DNA of 64,000 bases from Antechinus flavipes (Eukaryota). Numbering within the stretch: the stretch's first letter is position 1; each line of letters starts with the position of its first letter. Where the stretch lies: contig NC_067399.1 of the NCBI RefSeq assembly GCF_016432865.1, positions 643,684,001 through 643,748,000 of the forward strand. The letters are read 5' to 3'. Of this stretch, positions 25,245 to 38,472 are shown in pieces. The notes below the pieces were generated by a model. That model worked only from the letters and a program-made list of their open reading frames with translations, had not been told where the DNA came from and ran no database searches. A program made the position numbers and the translations under genes.

Positions 25245-28200
25245 TGATGGAGACAAAATGATGGGGCAGAAGCAGCAACCCAGTTTAATTCTCTCCACAT
25301 TCTCTTTCAAATAACTTAAAAATGCCTCACATCCAATTTTGGAATAGCACAACCAATATTTTTCCAATCCAAGACAACTGGGATTAGCCGGACAGGTCCA
25401 TGACCCCAGGTAAGAGTCAGCCCAGAACCTTTGGAGCAGTGGCCCTAGTATGACACGGAGAGAAGCAGCAATGACTCTGGGAACACACAGCCCAGAAGAG
25501 GAAAAGGGCTTGGCCAGAGATCAGGGGAAGGTGGTGTGGGATCCCAAGCTTCCCAAGGAGAGCAGTGATCAGACCTTTCCTTACAGCACAACACTGCAGC
25601 AGCAGAGAGAACTTGTAAACTATGAAACCTGAAGCTTGGGCTAATACTTCTTTGTATCCAGGTGAGAAAAACCCCACTTTAACATGAACTTCAAAATCAA
25701 GAAATGGGCTGAGAAAATGAGGAAACAATAAGAAAAAAGAACTTGGCCACAGAGCTACAATAGTGGCAGAGAAAATAAAGAAAACTCAGAAGACAGTGCC
25801 AGGATACCAGCTCAAAGCTTCAAAAAAAAAAATCCAAATGGAACCCAACTCTAACAAGAGTTAGTCTTCGAATTAAAGAAAGAGATGAAGGAGGTAGAGA
25901 AAAATTCAGAAAAGAAATGAGAGTGAAACATGAATATTATGAAAAGAAATAGCTTTAGTAAACAGAAGCAAAAAAAAATGCTGAAGAAAATAGATTTGGA
26001 AACAACTGGCTTAATGGCAAAAGAGGTTAAAAAAAATCAAAGAATTAATTCCTTAAAAAGCAGAATAAGCCAAATGGAAAAGAAGGTATAAAAATTCACT
26101 GAAGAAAATAACTCCTTAAAAATTAAGAATTGGGATAGTAGAAGCAAATGACTCCACAAGATATTAAGAAACAAAACAAAAAAGATCAAAAAATAAAAAA
26201 ATAAAATGTGAAATATTTCATCAGAAAAACAACTGGCCTAGAAAACAGACTGAGGAAAGATCATTTAAGAATTATTAGACTATCTGAAAGTAATGATCAA
26301 AAAAGAATCTAGACATATTTCAAGAAATTAAAAAGAAAACTGTCCCCCAAATCTTAGATTCAGAGGGCAAAATAGAAATTAAAAGAATCTACTGATCACA
26401 TCATGAAAAAATCCCCAAATGAAAACTCCCAGGAATATGCTAACCAAATCTCAGCAATCCCAGGTCAAGGAAAAAATATTTCAAGCAGCCAGAAGGAAAC
26501 CACTCAAATATCACAGAGGCACAGTCAGGACTACACAAGATTTAGTAGCTCCCACATTAAAGGAGGAGAAATATTGGAATATGATATTCCTGTAGGTAAA
26601 GGAGCTAGAATTACAACCAAGAATAACACAGCAAAACTGAGTACAGTCCTTGAGGAGAAAGATGGACATTTAATGAAACAGAATTTTCAAGCATCCCTAA
26701 TGACAAGACCAGAACTGAATAGAAATTTTGACATCTAAATAAAAGACTCAAGAGAAACATAAAAAGATAAACAGAAAAAGGAACCATGAGGGATTCAATA
26801 AGATTAAACCATTTACTCTTTTATATGACATGACATATATAACTCCTAAGAATTTTATCATCATTAGAACAGTAAGAAAGAGGATTCGAGTGTGAGTCAA
26901 TTATGATGGAATGATCTCTAAAAATATATAAAACTAAGGAGTGAGAATCATGAATGCACTGGGAGTAGGGAAAAGAGAGAGAAGAATGGGGGAAATTGTC
27001 CCACATTCAAGAGAAACTGAAGGAAAAGCTTTTACAATGGATGGGAAAAAGGAGAGGGGCAATGCTTGAACCTCAATTTTATCCAAATTGATTCAAAGAG
27101 TGAAGAATATACATACACATTCAGTTGGTTATAAAAATCTAACTTATGTAACAGGGAAGAAGGAGAGAAAGATCTAAGAAAAACTGGGCAAGAAGACAAA
27201 AGAGGAAGGGTGGATTAAGGAAGGCAGTGGTCAGAAACAAAACAGACTTTGAAGGACAGAATAAAAAGAAAGAGAAATGGATAAAAGAAAATAGGTTAGA
27301 AGTTATAACTCACAACTGTGAATGGGATGAACTTATTCATAAAATGGAAGCAGATAATAGAATAGATTAGAAATCAGAATCCAATGATCTGTTGTTTACA
27401 AGAAACCCAAAGACACATACAGATTAAAATAAGTGGATGCAGAAATACTTATTATGCTTTAGCATAAGTTAAAAAAAAAAGCAAAAGCAAAAATAATTTG
27501 TTAATAATAATCAGTTAAACTAAATTTTGCTAAAAAGAATATAAACAAGTAATACTGAAGGCAGCAAGATTAATTCTAATAGATGTGACTCTTTACAACA
27601 ATGAGATGATTGAGGCCAGTTCCAATAATCTTGTAATGAAAAGAGCCTTCTACACTTAGAGGATTGTGGGAACTGAGTGCCTATCACAACATAGCATTTT
27701 CACTCTTCTTCTTGCTATTTGCTTGCATTTTGTTTTCTAATTTTTTTTCCTTTTTGATTGATTTTTCTTGTGCCGCAAGATAATTGTGCAATATGTATTG
27801 GATTTAACATATATTTTAACATGTTTTAATATATACTGAATTACTAGCCATCTAGGGGTGGGGGTGGGGAGAAAGAGGGAAAAATTTGAAACATAAAGTT
27901 TTGTAAGGGTCAATGTTGAAAAATTATCCATTTTTAAATTAAAAAATGAAAAAATTTATAGTAAGATTCTCTAATGGACTTATTTTTCAAATATATAAGA
28001 AACTGAGTCAAATTTTAAAAAATAAAAGCTATTCCCCAATTGACAAATGGTCAAAGGATATAAATAGGCAATTTTCAGAAGAAGAAATCAAAGTTATCTA
28101 TACTCACATGAAAAATGCTCGAAATCACTGAGAAATGAAAATTAAAACAACTCTACTTCCCACCCATCAGAAAACACAGATGGTAGAAGGGATGTTGGAA

Positions 28201-28790
28201 AATTGGTACACTAATGAATTGTTGGTAGAATTATGAACTGATCCAACCATTGTGAATCTATGAACTGATCCAACCATTCTGAAAAATAATTTGGAACTAT
28301 GTCCAAAAGTCTATAAAACTGTAGCTTCTGACCCAGCAAAACCACTACTAGATCTAAACCCCAAGGAAATCAAAGAAAAAGAGAAAGAACCTATATATAC
28401 AAAAATATTTAAAGCAGCTGTTTTCATGGTAGCAAAGAATTGGAAATTATGGGGATGCCCATCAATTGGAGAACTGCTAAATAAGCTGTGTTATGTAATT
28501 GTGATGAAATACTATTATACTATAAAAAATGACAAAAGGGAAAGTTTCAGAAAATCCTGGGAAGAAATATACGAACTAATGCAAAGTGAAGTGAACAGAA
28601 CCAAGAGATTATTGTATACAATAACAAATAACAGTACAATGATCAATTGACAAAAACTAAGCTACCCTAATCAATACGAAGACAATTCTGAAGGACTCAA
28701 GATGAAAAATTCTATCTACCTACAGAGAGAAAACTGATGAACTTTAAATACAAATTAAGTTTTAATTTTCTAATTTTCAAAAAAAATGAT
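25245..28790 (+). mobile_element. Old composite L1: 5' UTR, ORF1, endonuclease start, then 3' ORF2/UTR
   Basis: A-rich ORF1 remnants (ORF 26403-26738), EN-like start near 27300-27500, separate L1 3' UTR at ~27590-27945, and ORF2 C-terminus in ORF 28291-28650 (IFKAAVFMVAKNWKLWGCPSIGE). Confidence 0.8.
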
Positions 28791-29015
28791 GATGAGGGAA
28801 ATGTGGCAAAGATAATATATGTGAAAATTTTATCAGAACTTAAAGATTCAATCAAAAGATAAATCTACATTGTATGTCAGCCATATTAATATTGTTTTAG
28901 ATATGGGCCTATATATGTGTAAATGCAAATGTGTGTATGTATCTATGTGATTGTATGTGTATATATGTGTTGTGTGGGTGTGAATATGTATGTCTATATC
29001 TAATCTATATCTATT

Positions 29016-29375
29016 TGTAAAGGGCTGAAACTCTGAAAAAAGTATGCTTGAATCAGACAATGGAACTCAAGGCTAGTTACCTACAATGACTCTATTAGCA
29101 TATGTCTGGATAAATGGCTCTTCTCACAGTTGAAGCTGGTTCAATGTTTAGTGTTAAGACAATCAGAGGCAAGGATTAGAGGGCAGAGAGACAGAGGCCA
29201 GAGACCCGCTTTGCAGCAGGATGAGGACGAGAGAAGTTGGTGACTTTGGACTCGAGAATCCAGAAACCTCTTGGCAGTTCATCGCCTTCACTTCTCCCTC
29301 TAAAGACTAAGGACTTTAATTTATCCTGACTCTGGCTGATCCTGAGGCCTCCAGGGAGTTAGCTCGGACTTAACA
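29016..29375 (+). mobile_element. Solo ERV LTR (360 bp)
   Basis: tgtaa...taaca termini, near-perfect 6-bp TSD tctatt/tctatc, shares cctgactctggctgat with the 51.5-kb LTR family. Confidence 0.75.
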
Positions 29376-30736
29376 TCTATCCACGCTTAACTGTAATCTG
29401 CTTGGAGGAGGTAAAAGGAGAAGAAAGAGAACAAAAGAATAACCTACAAAGAATCAAAGAACTGAAGAACAGTTATGAATATGTCTTTTCTTATTTTATA
29501 TATATATATATATATATATGTTTTTTTGAGATGAAAATTTATTTTTACATATTTTGACTCTTTCCTGATGTTCTTCTGGGAACATGACAATGTTCTGTGT
29601 GATTTTTTAATATTCCTTTTTCTGTCTTTCTTTTTCTATTTTTTTCTTATTTTGTATTTAAATTTAAATAAATAATTTTAAAAAATAAAAGTAATGACAT
29701 AATTTTAGGCAAACAAATATAAGTTGATGTAGAGTGAAATCAGTAGAATCAAGAGAACAATTTATTTTGTATAATAACACTGTAAAAATGAACATTTCTG
29801 AAAGATCTGAGAACTCTGATCAATATATAATTCCATACAACTGACATTAAAAAATGATACCTTCCCTCCTGAAGAAGCGTACTGAACTAAATATGTAGAC
29901 TATAGAATGTATTTTTGCACAGGCTCTATTTGGGAATGTATTTTGCTTGACTATGAATATTTTTTACAAGCTGTTTTATTTTAATAACTGGGGAGAGAAA
30001 AAATATCTGATAATTGGGGGGGGGGGGGAAGAATAACATCTAATTACTAAAAAAAAACCAAAAACCATATACACACACAGTAATACAGCACTGGTCAGAG
30101 CATAACTCCATCACTGTCTTCAGTAGCCTTTGCTTTGTAGCAATGGAACAACATTTTCCCTATTCCCACCAGTACCAATGCAGCTGGTAAACTCAGTCCC
30201 TTGGAAGAACAGCCACCCTCAGAACATAGGTTCAATTTCAAGTCTGATCTTCACATTCATAGTATAGTGAAACAATCCTTCTTGAATTATAATATGGCAA
30301 GTATCCCTGTAGATACCCCACCTCCTCAGTAGCCACAGCTATGAAGAACTGGAAGAAAAAGTTTTCATCACCAGGGTACTGCTGAATGAAGCTGGAGAAA
30401 GTCATGAAATGGTGCTGAGTTCACTACAAATTTAGGTTACATGATCTCTACTGGGCCTTCACTATGGCAGGGCAATATTTTTACATTTTCCACATTAATT
30501 CACTATCCTACTTCCCACAGCAGTGCTTCCAAAACTCTTCATCCCTTTTCAAACTTTCCATGGCTTTCTCTCAAACCCTCCTCTCAGAGGAGAATCTTGT
30601 CTAATATTTCGGTTAAAAGATTTGAGGCCATTCACCAAGAGTTTCATCATCTCTCCCTTCCTCATCCTCATAAGCACCCAGATGCCTTTGTCACTGTCTC
30701 TTCCTTGATCCAGTTTCACATGAAAAGGTGATCCAC

Positions 30737-32850
30737 TGAAACAAGGCTGTCCATTATCACCACAATTATTCAATGTTGTATCAGAAATTCTAGCTTTAGC
30801 AATAAGAGAAGAACAAGAAATTGAAGGAATTTGAGTAGGTAATGAGGAAACAAAATTATCACTCTTTGCAAATTATATGATGACATATTTAGCGAATCAT
30901 AGGAAATCCACTAAAAAACTACTAGAAACAATTAACTACTTCAGCAAAGTTGCAAGATATAAAATAAATCCCACATGAATGATCAGCACTTCTATATGTT
31001 GCCAATAAAGCCCAACAGCAAAAGATAGAAGAAAAATCCCATTTAAAATAACTGTAGATAATATAAAATATCTGGGAGTCTACCTGCCAAGATAAAGTCA
31101 GGAATTATATTAACAAAACTATAAAACTCATTTTACATAAGTAAAATTAGATCTAAACAAATGGAAGAATATTTAGTACTCCTAGGTAGGCCAAGCTAAT
31201 ATAATAAAAATGACAATTCTATGTAAATTAATTTACTTATTCAGTACCATATCAAACTAGCATGAAATTATTTTATAAAGCTAGAAAAAAATAACAAAAT
31301 TCAGGAATAACACAAAGTCAAAAAATTCATGGAATTTAATGGAAAAATGCAAAAGAAAATGGACTAGCTATACCAGACCAAAAACTATAATATAAAGTGC
31401 AGTCATTAAAACTACTTGGTACTGGCTAAGAAATAGGGTAGTGATTCAGTGGAATAGGTTAGGTTCACAAGATACAATAGTCAGTGATTATAGTAATTTA
31501 AGTGTTTGATAAATATAAAGATTCAAGCTTCTGGGATAAGAATTCACTATCTGACAAAAACTGCTAGGAAAATTGGAAAACAATATGGCAGAAACTGGGC
31601 TATGACTTAACACTGAATACCCTATGCCAAGATAACGTCAAAATGGATTCATGATTTAGACATAAATAGTGATATTATAAGCAAATTAGGAGAACAAGGG
31701 ATAGTCTACCTCTCAAGTCTGTGGAGAAGGTAGGAATTTATGACCAAAGAAGAACTAGAAAACATGAAATACAAAATGGATAATTTTGATTATGTTAAAT
31801 TAAAAAGGTTTGCACAAAAACAATGCAGCCATTTTACAGCTGAAATTTCTCAAAAAGGCTTCATTTCTAAAATATATAGAAAACTGACTTAAAACTATAA
31901 GACATTCTCCAATTGATAAGAAGTAAAGGATATGAATAATTTTCAGATGAAGAAATTAAAGTCATTTCTTTTCAAAAGAAAAATGTTCTAAATCATTATT
32001 GATTAGAAAAATATAAATTAAGACAACTCTAAAGTACCATCTCACACCTCTCAGATTGGCTAAGATAACAGGGAAAGATAATGATGATTGTTGGACGAGA
32101 TATGGGAAAACTGGGTAACTAATATATTGTTGGTAAAGTTGTGAAGTAATCTAACCACTCTGGCAAGCAATTTGGAACCATGCCCAAAGGGCTATCAAAC
32201 TACATATCCTTTGATCCAGTAGGGTCTCTATCTGGGTCTATATCCCAAAAAAATAATAAAAGAGGAAAAAAGACTCACATGGGCAAAAATGTTTATAGCA
32301 GCTCTTTTCTGTTGAGGCAAGAAACTGTAAACTGAGTGGATGCCCATCAGTTGGGGAATAGCTGAGTAAGTTATAGTATAAGAATGTAATGGGATATTAT
32401 TGTTCTATAAGAAATGATGAGCAGGCTGATTTCAAAAAAGTCTGAAAAGAATTATGTGAACTGATGCTTAATAAAGCAACCAAGAATACAATGTACAACA
32501 GTAATATAGGATTTTGTGACGATCTACTACGTCAGAAGAAGTTCTTCCCAGAAATGTAGTGATCCAGGACAATTCCAATATGGAGACTAAAGGTGGATCA
32601 AAGCACAATATTTTGACCTTTCGTAGTTGTTCTTTGTTTGCTTGTTCTTTTTATCCTTTTTGATGTGAGTTTTCTTGTACAGCATGACAAATATGGAAAT
32701 ACATTCAAAAGAATTACATATATTTAACATGTATCAGATTGCTTGATGCCTCGGCAAAGGGGAGAAAAATTTGGAAAAAGTTTTACAAAAATGAATGTTA
32801 AAAACTATCTTTACATGTATTTGGAAAAATAAAATACTATTGGAAAAAAG
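30737..32850 (+). mobile_element. Old L1, 3' half of ORF2 plus 3' UTR
   Basis: Starts at caaggctgtccattatcacc (QGCPLSP motif), continues through LFA(D)-type RT sequence and the ORF2 C-terminus to an A-rich end. Confidence 0.85.
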
Positions 32851-33445
32851 AGAAAGAAAAGGTGAACCATTGCACCTTTTGCCAAATAAACTCTGACATT
32901 CCATCCTGTCTTCTTTAAAACATTTAACCCTTCTAACTGGCCCACTCACTTATCTTCATTCTCTCCTTGTTTACTGGCTACTTTACTACAAACATGCTCA
33001 TTCTCTCCCTAATAGCTATAGTCCTATCACTTTTCACTCTACTATAGTAGAATTTATTAAGACCATTTATAAGGGTTCCACTTCTTTTTTTTCATTCTTT
33101 TCTTTTTTGTTTTTATTTTTTTTTTTCCCCTTTTCATTCTTTTCTAAACTCTCTGCTCAACCAAATCTGCTCTCTCTAAAGATTCAATTTTCTTTTCAAT
33201 ACCAAATTTATGGCTCTTTTTTCTTCTTCCTTCTCTGCAGCCTCTTCTCCTTAAGTGTCCATGACATTACTCTATCTTAGTTAACCTATATTTCTGACTT
33301 TTCAGTTTCCTTTGCTGAATTTTCATGCAAGGCACACTTGCCAGCAGTTCATGGTCCCCAAGGTTCTCTACTGGGGATCTCTTCTTTTTGAGACTTTTAC
33401 TATTTCACTTGGTTTGCATGATTTCAATCACCTCTCTGCCAATGA

Positions 33446-34318
33446 TTTTCTTTTCTTTTCTTTTTTATTATAACTTTTTATTTACAAGATATATGCATGG
33501 GTAATTTTTCAGCATTGACCCTTGCAAAATCTTCTATTCCAACTTTTCCCTTCCTTCCTCCCATTTCCTCCCTAGATGGCAAGTAGACCAATACATGTTA
33601 AATATATTAAAGTATATGTAAATACAATATATGTATATGTATCCATACAGTTATTTTGCTGCACAAGAAGAATGGGACTTTGAAATAATGTAAAATTAAC
33701 CTGAGAAGGAAATCAAAAAATGCAAGTGGACAAAAACATAGGGACTGGAAATACTTTGTAGTGGTTCACACTCAACTCCCAGAGTTCTTTCCCTGGGTGC
33801 AGCTGGTTCTCTTCATTATTGAATAAATGGAACTGATTTGGTTCATCTCATTGCTGGAGATGGCCACGTCCATCAGAATTGATCATTCTATACAGTATTG
33901 TTGTTGAAGTATATAATGATCTCCTGGTCCTGCTCATTTCACTCAGCATCAGTTTATGTAAGTCTCTCCAGGCCTTTCTGAAATCTTCCTGCTGGTCATT
34001 TCTTACAGAATAATAACATTCCATAACATTCATATACCATAATTTATTCAGCCATTCTCCAATTGATGGTCATCCATTTAATTTCCAGTTTCTTGCCACT
34101 ACAAAAAGGGCTGCCACAAACATTCATGCACATACAGGTCCCTTTCCCTCCTTTAAGATCTCTTTGAGATATAAGCCCAGTAGTAACACTGCTAGGTCAA
34201 AGAGTATGCACAGTTTGATAACTTTTTAAGCATAGTTCCAAATCACTCTCCAGAATGGCTGGATGTATTCACAATTCCACCAACACAGTATCCCAGTTTT
34301 CCCACATTCCCTCCAACA
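33446..34318 (-). mobile_element. L1 3' end inserted into an L2
   Basis: T-rich left end, L1 ORF2 C-terminal peptide in ORF 33848-34033, degenerate TSD ctctctgc..atga; L2-like sequence resumes on both sides. Confidence 0.85.
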
Positions 34319-34319
34319 C

Positions 34320-34900
34320 TCTCTGCTGATGAGTTTCACATTTATTTATCCAGTGGTAACTTATCTCCTAAACTCCAGATTCACATTTCTAATTACCAAT
34401 TAGACATCTCAAACTTGATAAATTGTTAGAGATCCTAAACTGAATTCACTATCTTCCCATTTAATCCTTCCCTTTTCTGAACTTCCCTATTATTGTCAAG
34501 TGTACAACAATGATCCCAATTACCCAGAGTTTCAACCTCAGTGCCATCATCTACTCCTCTTTTCCCTCACCATCCCTAGCCAATCGATTGCCAAATTCTA
34601 TTGATCAAGCCTTTAAAACATCTCTTTGATATGCTTCTTTCTCTGCCCTCCATGGTGTCCCTATCTCAGTGTCTCACTCCCTGTCAACAGTTTCTTCCCA
34701 GTCAGTCAAATTAATCTTTCCGAAATACAGAATTAGCCTTGCTTCTGCTCCTAGGCAAACCCAATGGCTCCCTATGGCCTTCAGAATCAAATATCAAGTC
34801 CTCAGTCATTAGAGCCCTTCTCCACAGGACTGCTGCTGCCTCTTGAGTACTCTTGAAACATGCTCCCCATGTGGCTGTGACTTCTTCAGGCTCCTCAGAC
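34320..34900 (+). mobile_element. L2 LINE 3' region
   Basis: ctccagattcacatttctaattacc..tagacatctc..ctaaactgaattcactatcttccc resembles the L2 consensus 3' part. Similar L2 relics lie at ~3400-3950, 15300-15800, 30400-30730, 41600-42050, 44780-45120, 46020-46500 (minus), 49000-49980 and 53560-54300. Confidence 0.6.
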
Positions 34901-35557
34901 AAGATGTTCCATCTCCAGACATGGGGGCACCCACCTGCTACATCATTCCTTCATTATCTCTGCCTTCAGGCTTAAATCTTGAGCCCGAGTTAAAGATGTT
35001 CTGTGACAGGCTCCCTAGACTTTCTTCATCCCAGTCAGTGCCTTCCTCTCTGCCTTTTCATGGTTGTTTTCATGCAGTCTCCCTCACTAGCTGAGGAGCT
35101 TCTTGAGAGCAAGATGGCTAGAGCTTTTCTCCAAACCCTTAGAACTCACGACCAGGCACAAGCTTCCCACCAGCTATCCCTACTTATCATCTCATTGCTG
35201 CTCCAAATGGCTTGCTGCTGCTGCTGCTTTATTCCCTGAGATTCCCTTCCTCCCCCAAGGTCTCTTCTATCTCCCAAGTCCCTTTAAGGGCCTCTTCTCC
35301 CAGGTGCTGGGCGGCTTCTTCACAGGCTGGCCACCCATTCCCCCATAGCCCTTCTCCCAGTTGTCTATGCGTCTATTACACACTGCAGAGGAGAGGGATC
35401 ACGGAATCATAAATTGAGAGCAAGAAAGGGAAGCCCTGGATTTTATTCAGAATCGTGCGGCCATCAAGGGTCTGGGGGGCTTCCTGATGCCCGGCCCAGC
35501 CTCTGTCCACTACATCCCAGAGGCCTGGATCCTAAAGAGGTCAAAGTCAGTTCCAGG

Positions 35558-36073
35558 ATATTATTGTTCTATAAGGAATGACCAGCAGGATGAATACAGA
35601 GAGGACTGGCGAGACTTACATGAACTGATGCTAAGTGAAATGAGCAGAACCAGGAGATCATTATATGCCTCAACAACGATACTGTATGAGGATGTATTCT
35701 GATGGAAGTGGATCTCTTCGATAAAGAGAGCTTTAATTGATCCCAAGGATGGACAGAAGCAGCTATACCCAAAGAAAAAACACTGGGAAATGAATATAAA
35801 CTGCTTGCATTTTTGTTTTTCTTCCTGGGCTATTTATACCTCCTAAATTCAATTCTCCCTGTGCAACAAGAAAACTGTTCAGTTCTGCACACATATATTG
35901 TATCTAGGATATACTGTAACCTATTCAATATGTATAGGACTGCTTGCCATCTGGGGGAGGGGGTCAAGGGAGGGAGGGGAAAAATCGGAACAGAAGTGAA
36001 TGCAAGGGATAATGTTGTAAAAATTTACCCTGGCATGGGTTCTATCAATAAAAAGTTATTAAAAAAAAAAAAA
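35558..36073 (+). mobile_element. Young 5'-truncated L1 3' end
   Basis: TSD aaag(t/g)cagttccagg (35543-35557 and 36074-36088), AATAAA plus poly(A), L1 ORF2 C-terminal peptide YYCSIRNDQQDEYREDWRDLHELMLSEMSRTRR. Confidence 0.9.
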
Positions 36074-37910
36074 AAAGGCAGTTCCAGGCCCAAAGTACAG
36101 ACAAATATGTAAATATGTGGGAATGACAGCAGCCCCAGAGGACATCAGGTTGTGAAGGACCTTTACCTATTACCTCCACTTACAAAGTTACACTAAAGTC
36201 TAGCACCTTCTTGGGCATTAAAGTCCCTAAATGCTATTTCTTGTGACCTTCTAAACATCTCTGTGAGACTGGTGATGTTACTCCTAATTTATAGATGAGA
36301 AAACAGAAGCAGGCAGAGGTTAGATGTCTTTTCTAAGCTAGTCAGTGCCTATGGCAAGATCTGAACTCTTCCTTCCTCCAAGTCCAGTACTAAATCCACT
36401 GTGTCATCTAGGGTTGTTCAGTATACTAAATAAACTAATCTTCAAAAATCTCAATTGCTTTAGAATGACCTATTTCTAAAGCATTCATTGATATGCTAAT
36501 TAAATGGTGTTCTTTGTTCATTAAAGCTGCATTTTAAAAAAATTATTTTAAACATAAACCAATTTTTTCCAACTTACTCAGTTTAGTGGTATCCTTTACC
36601 TGTAATTAACATAAAGTTTCACTTACTACTCTTGTTAAATCAGTTTAAGTGTAAACAGATGAAAATGTTTTAACTTTTCTTCACTGCTATATTAGCCTTT
36701 AGCTGGTTGCCACAACATTACTTAATTTTGGCATATACAGCAGTCAATCCATTTAAAATTTTTCCAATTCACAATATAATTGTTACTAAATAAACAAAGG
36801 CTTTAAAAGACTATCTGGAAAAAAATTATAAATAATTTCTAAATTTGTCAATTACTTTCCCCTTTCCAGAATTAAAATAGAATACCTTTAAATGTTCTCT
36901 TAAATTCCAACAACCTCAGTAGTTAGTATTCATACCAATTAAATAAATGTAAGTACAGATGTTTGTGGTAGGGAAGTCAAATTGATAACCAGAGAGCAAA
37001 TGAGTCAATTACCATAGAAAATAAGATTTGTAATGGAAGATTATGTGTCTCCTTACCAAAGAGATAATTAAAGTTCAAAGAATTCTTGGCAGCTCAGTCT
37101 TACCTCCTGATCTTTTCTAATGGCATTACCATACCAAAGACAATTTTAATTACTAAATGTTCAAGTAGAATTTAACATGTAGAATACATTATGCTTGTAC
37201 AGACCTTTTTTAGAAACCTCATTTAATTTCCTCACTGTTGCAAAGTACTTTAAATGCAGAAAAGCAAACAATCAATTCCAGTGGAAACAAATGTGTTCAT
37301 GAATAGTTCAGTCTTCAAACCAAGATTGAAGGGTATCTGACAGCTTTCATTGGTAGCTCTGTTTAAGAATTTTCCATTTCCTGAATTTTAAAGGTTTTTG
37401 TCTATGTACTCTGAAGAGCTAGTGGGCACAGTACTAAAGAAAAGTTGCCTGGCTATTTTGAAGGATATCTTTTACAATATTAAGGCTCTCCAAAAGAGGA
37501 AATTAACATTTTAACAATCTCTAGACCTTTAAAGGAAGTTTCTTATCAGAGCATACTTAATCCAGCTACTTACATTAGCCTCACTTAATGAAGTAAAAAA
37601 CTTGTTTCCCAAGAATTCCTAAAGAAGCTTTTCCTCTTTATGAATTAGAACTTTTCTTGGGTCTCCAAGAACAATATGAAATCATAAACATGCTTCATAA
37701 TCATTAAAAATCAGATACCTTAGTTTGGAATAATATTAAATAAATAAGTATTTTGAAATTTCTTTGATTATTCTTCTTCCCTTTTTTTTCCTTTACCAAG
37801 CTGTAAGTAATCTCACATGACAATCTCATTTGATCTTATAAAAAATTTTCTTTTATCACTCAAGCATTTTAAAAAATTCAATTTCTAAGGGATCTAGTTG
37901 TGTGAGCACT

Positions 37911-38160
37911 TGTAATGGGCTGAGGCTTGAGTTGATGCACTGAGGTCCCAAGCACATGAGGCTAAATAGTAATTGGACCATACTCTATTAATATATAAGC
38001 TTGGAGAAAGAATGGCCCCCGCCCACCCTTTGTGCAAGTCCTGATGTGTTGTATAGGAAATGACGATTCTGGTGGGTGGAGGCAGGGGAGGGAAAAAGGA
38101 AGGGGAGGAGAGCTCAGACTGCTCTCTCTGCTAGCATTTTGCGATTGCCATTGTGACTAT
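37911..38160 (+). mobile_element. 3'-truncated ERV LTR, same family as 51543-51886
   Basis: 37911-38117 matches the reverse complement of the 51.5-kb LTR with 5 mismatches in 207 bp; its AATAAA and ...cattaca end are missing. Confidence 0.88.
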
Positions 38161-38210
38161 CTTTCTGTTTGTTGAGCAAAAAAAAAGAGAAGCAAAAAGC
38201 AAAAAAAGAA

Positions 38211-38305
38211 GAGAAACAAACAGGATCCTAATAAGCAAAAGCAAAAAGAAGAAGAGAAACAAACAGAATCCTAACAAGCAAAAGCAAAAAGAAGAGGAGA
38301 AACAA
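38211..38305. repeat. 43-bp A-rich tandem repeat (2.2 copies)
   Basis: gagaaacaaacag(g/a)atcctaa(t/c)aagcaaaagcaaaaagaaga(a/g) at 38211-38253 and 38254-38296, then a partial unit. Confidence 0.85.
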
Positions 38306-38311
38306 TCATCT

Positions 38312-38472
38312 ACTACACTAAAGCCTTTGACTATGTAGATTACAACAAAATGCACTAAGTCCTCAAAGAAGTGGGGGTACCAGATCATCTCACTTGTCTC
38401 TTGAGGAATCTGTAGGTCAAGAAGCAACAGTTAGAACAGAAAAATGGAATAACTGATTAGTTTAAGATTCTG
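38312..38472 (+). mobile_element. RTE-clade (BovB-like) LINE RT fragment
   Basis: Translates YTKAFDYVDYNKMH*VLKEVGVPDHLTCLLRNL..GQEATVRTENGITD*FKI, matching recalled BovB KAFDCVDHNKLW..MGIPDHLTCLLRNLYAGQEATVRT. Confidence 0.82.
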
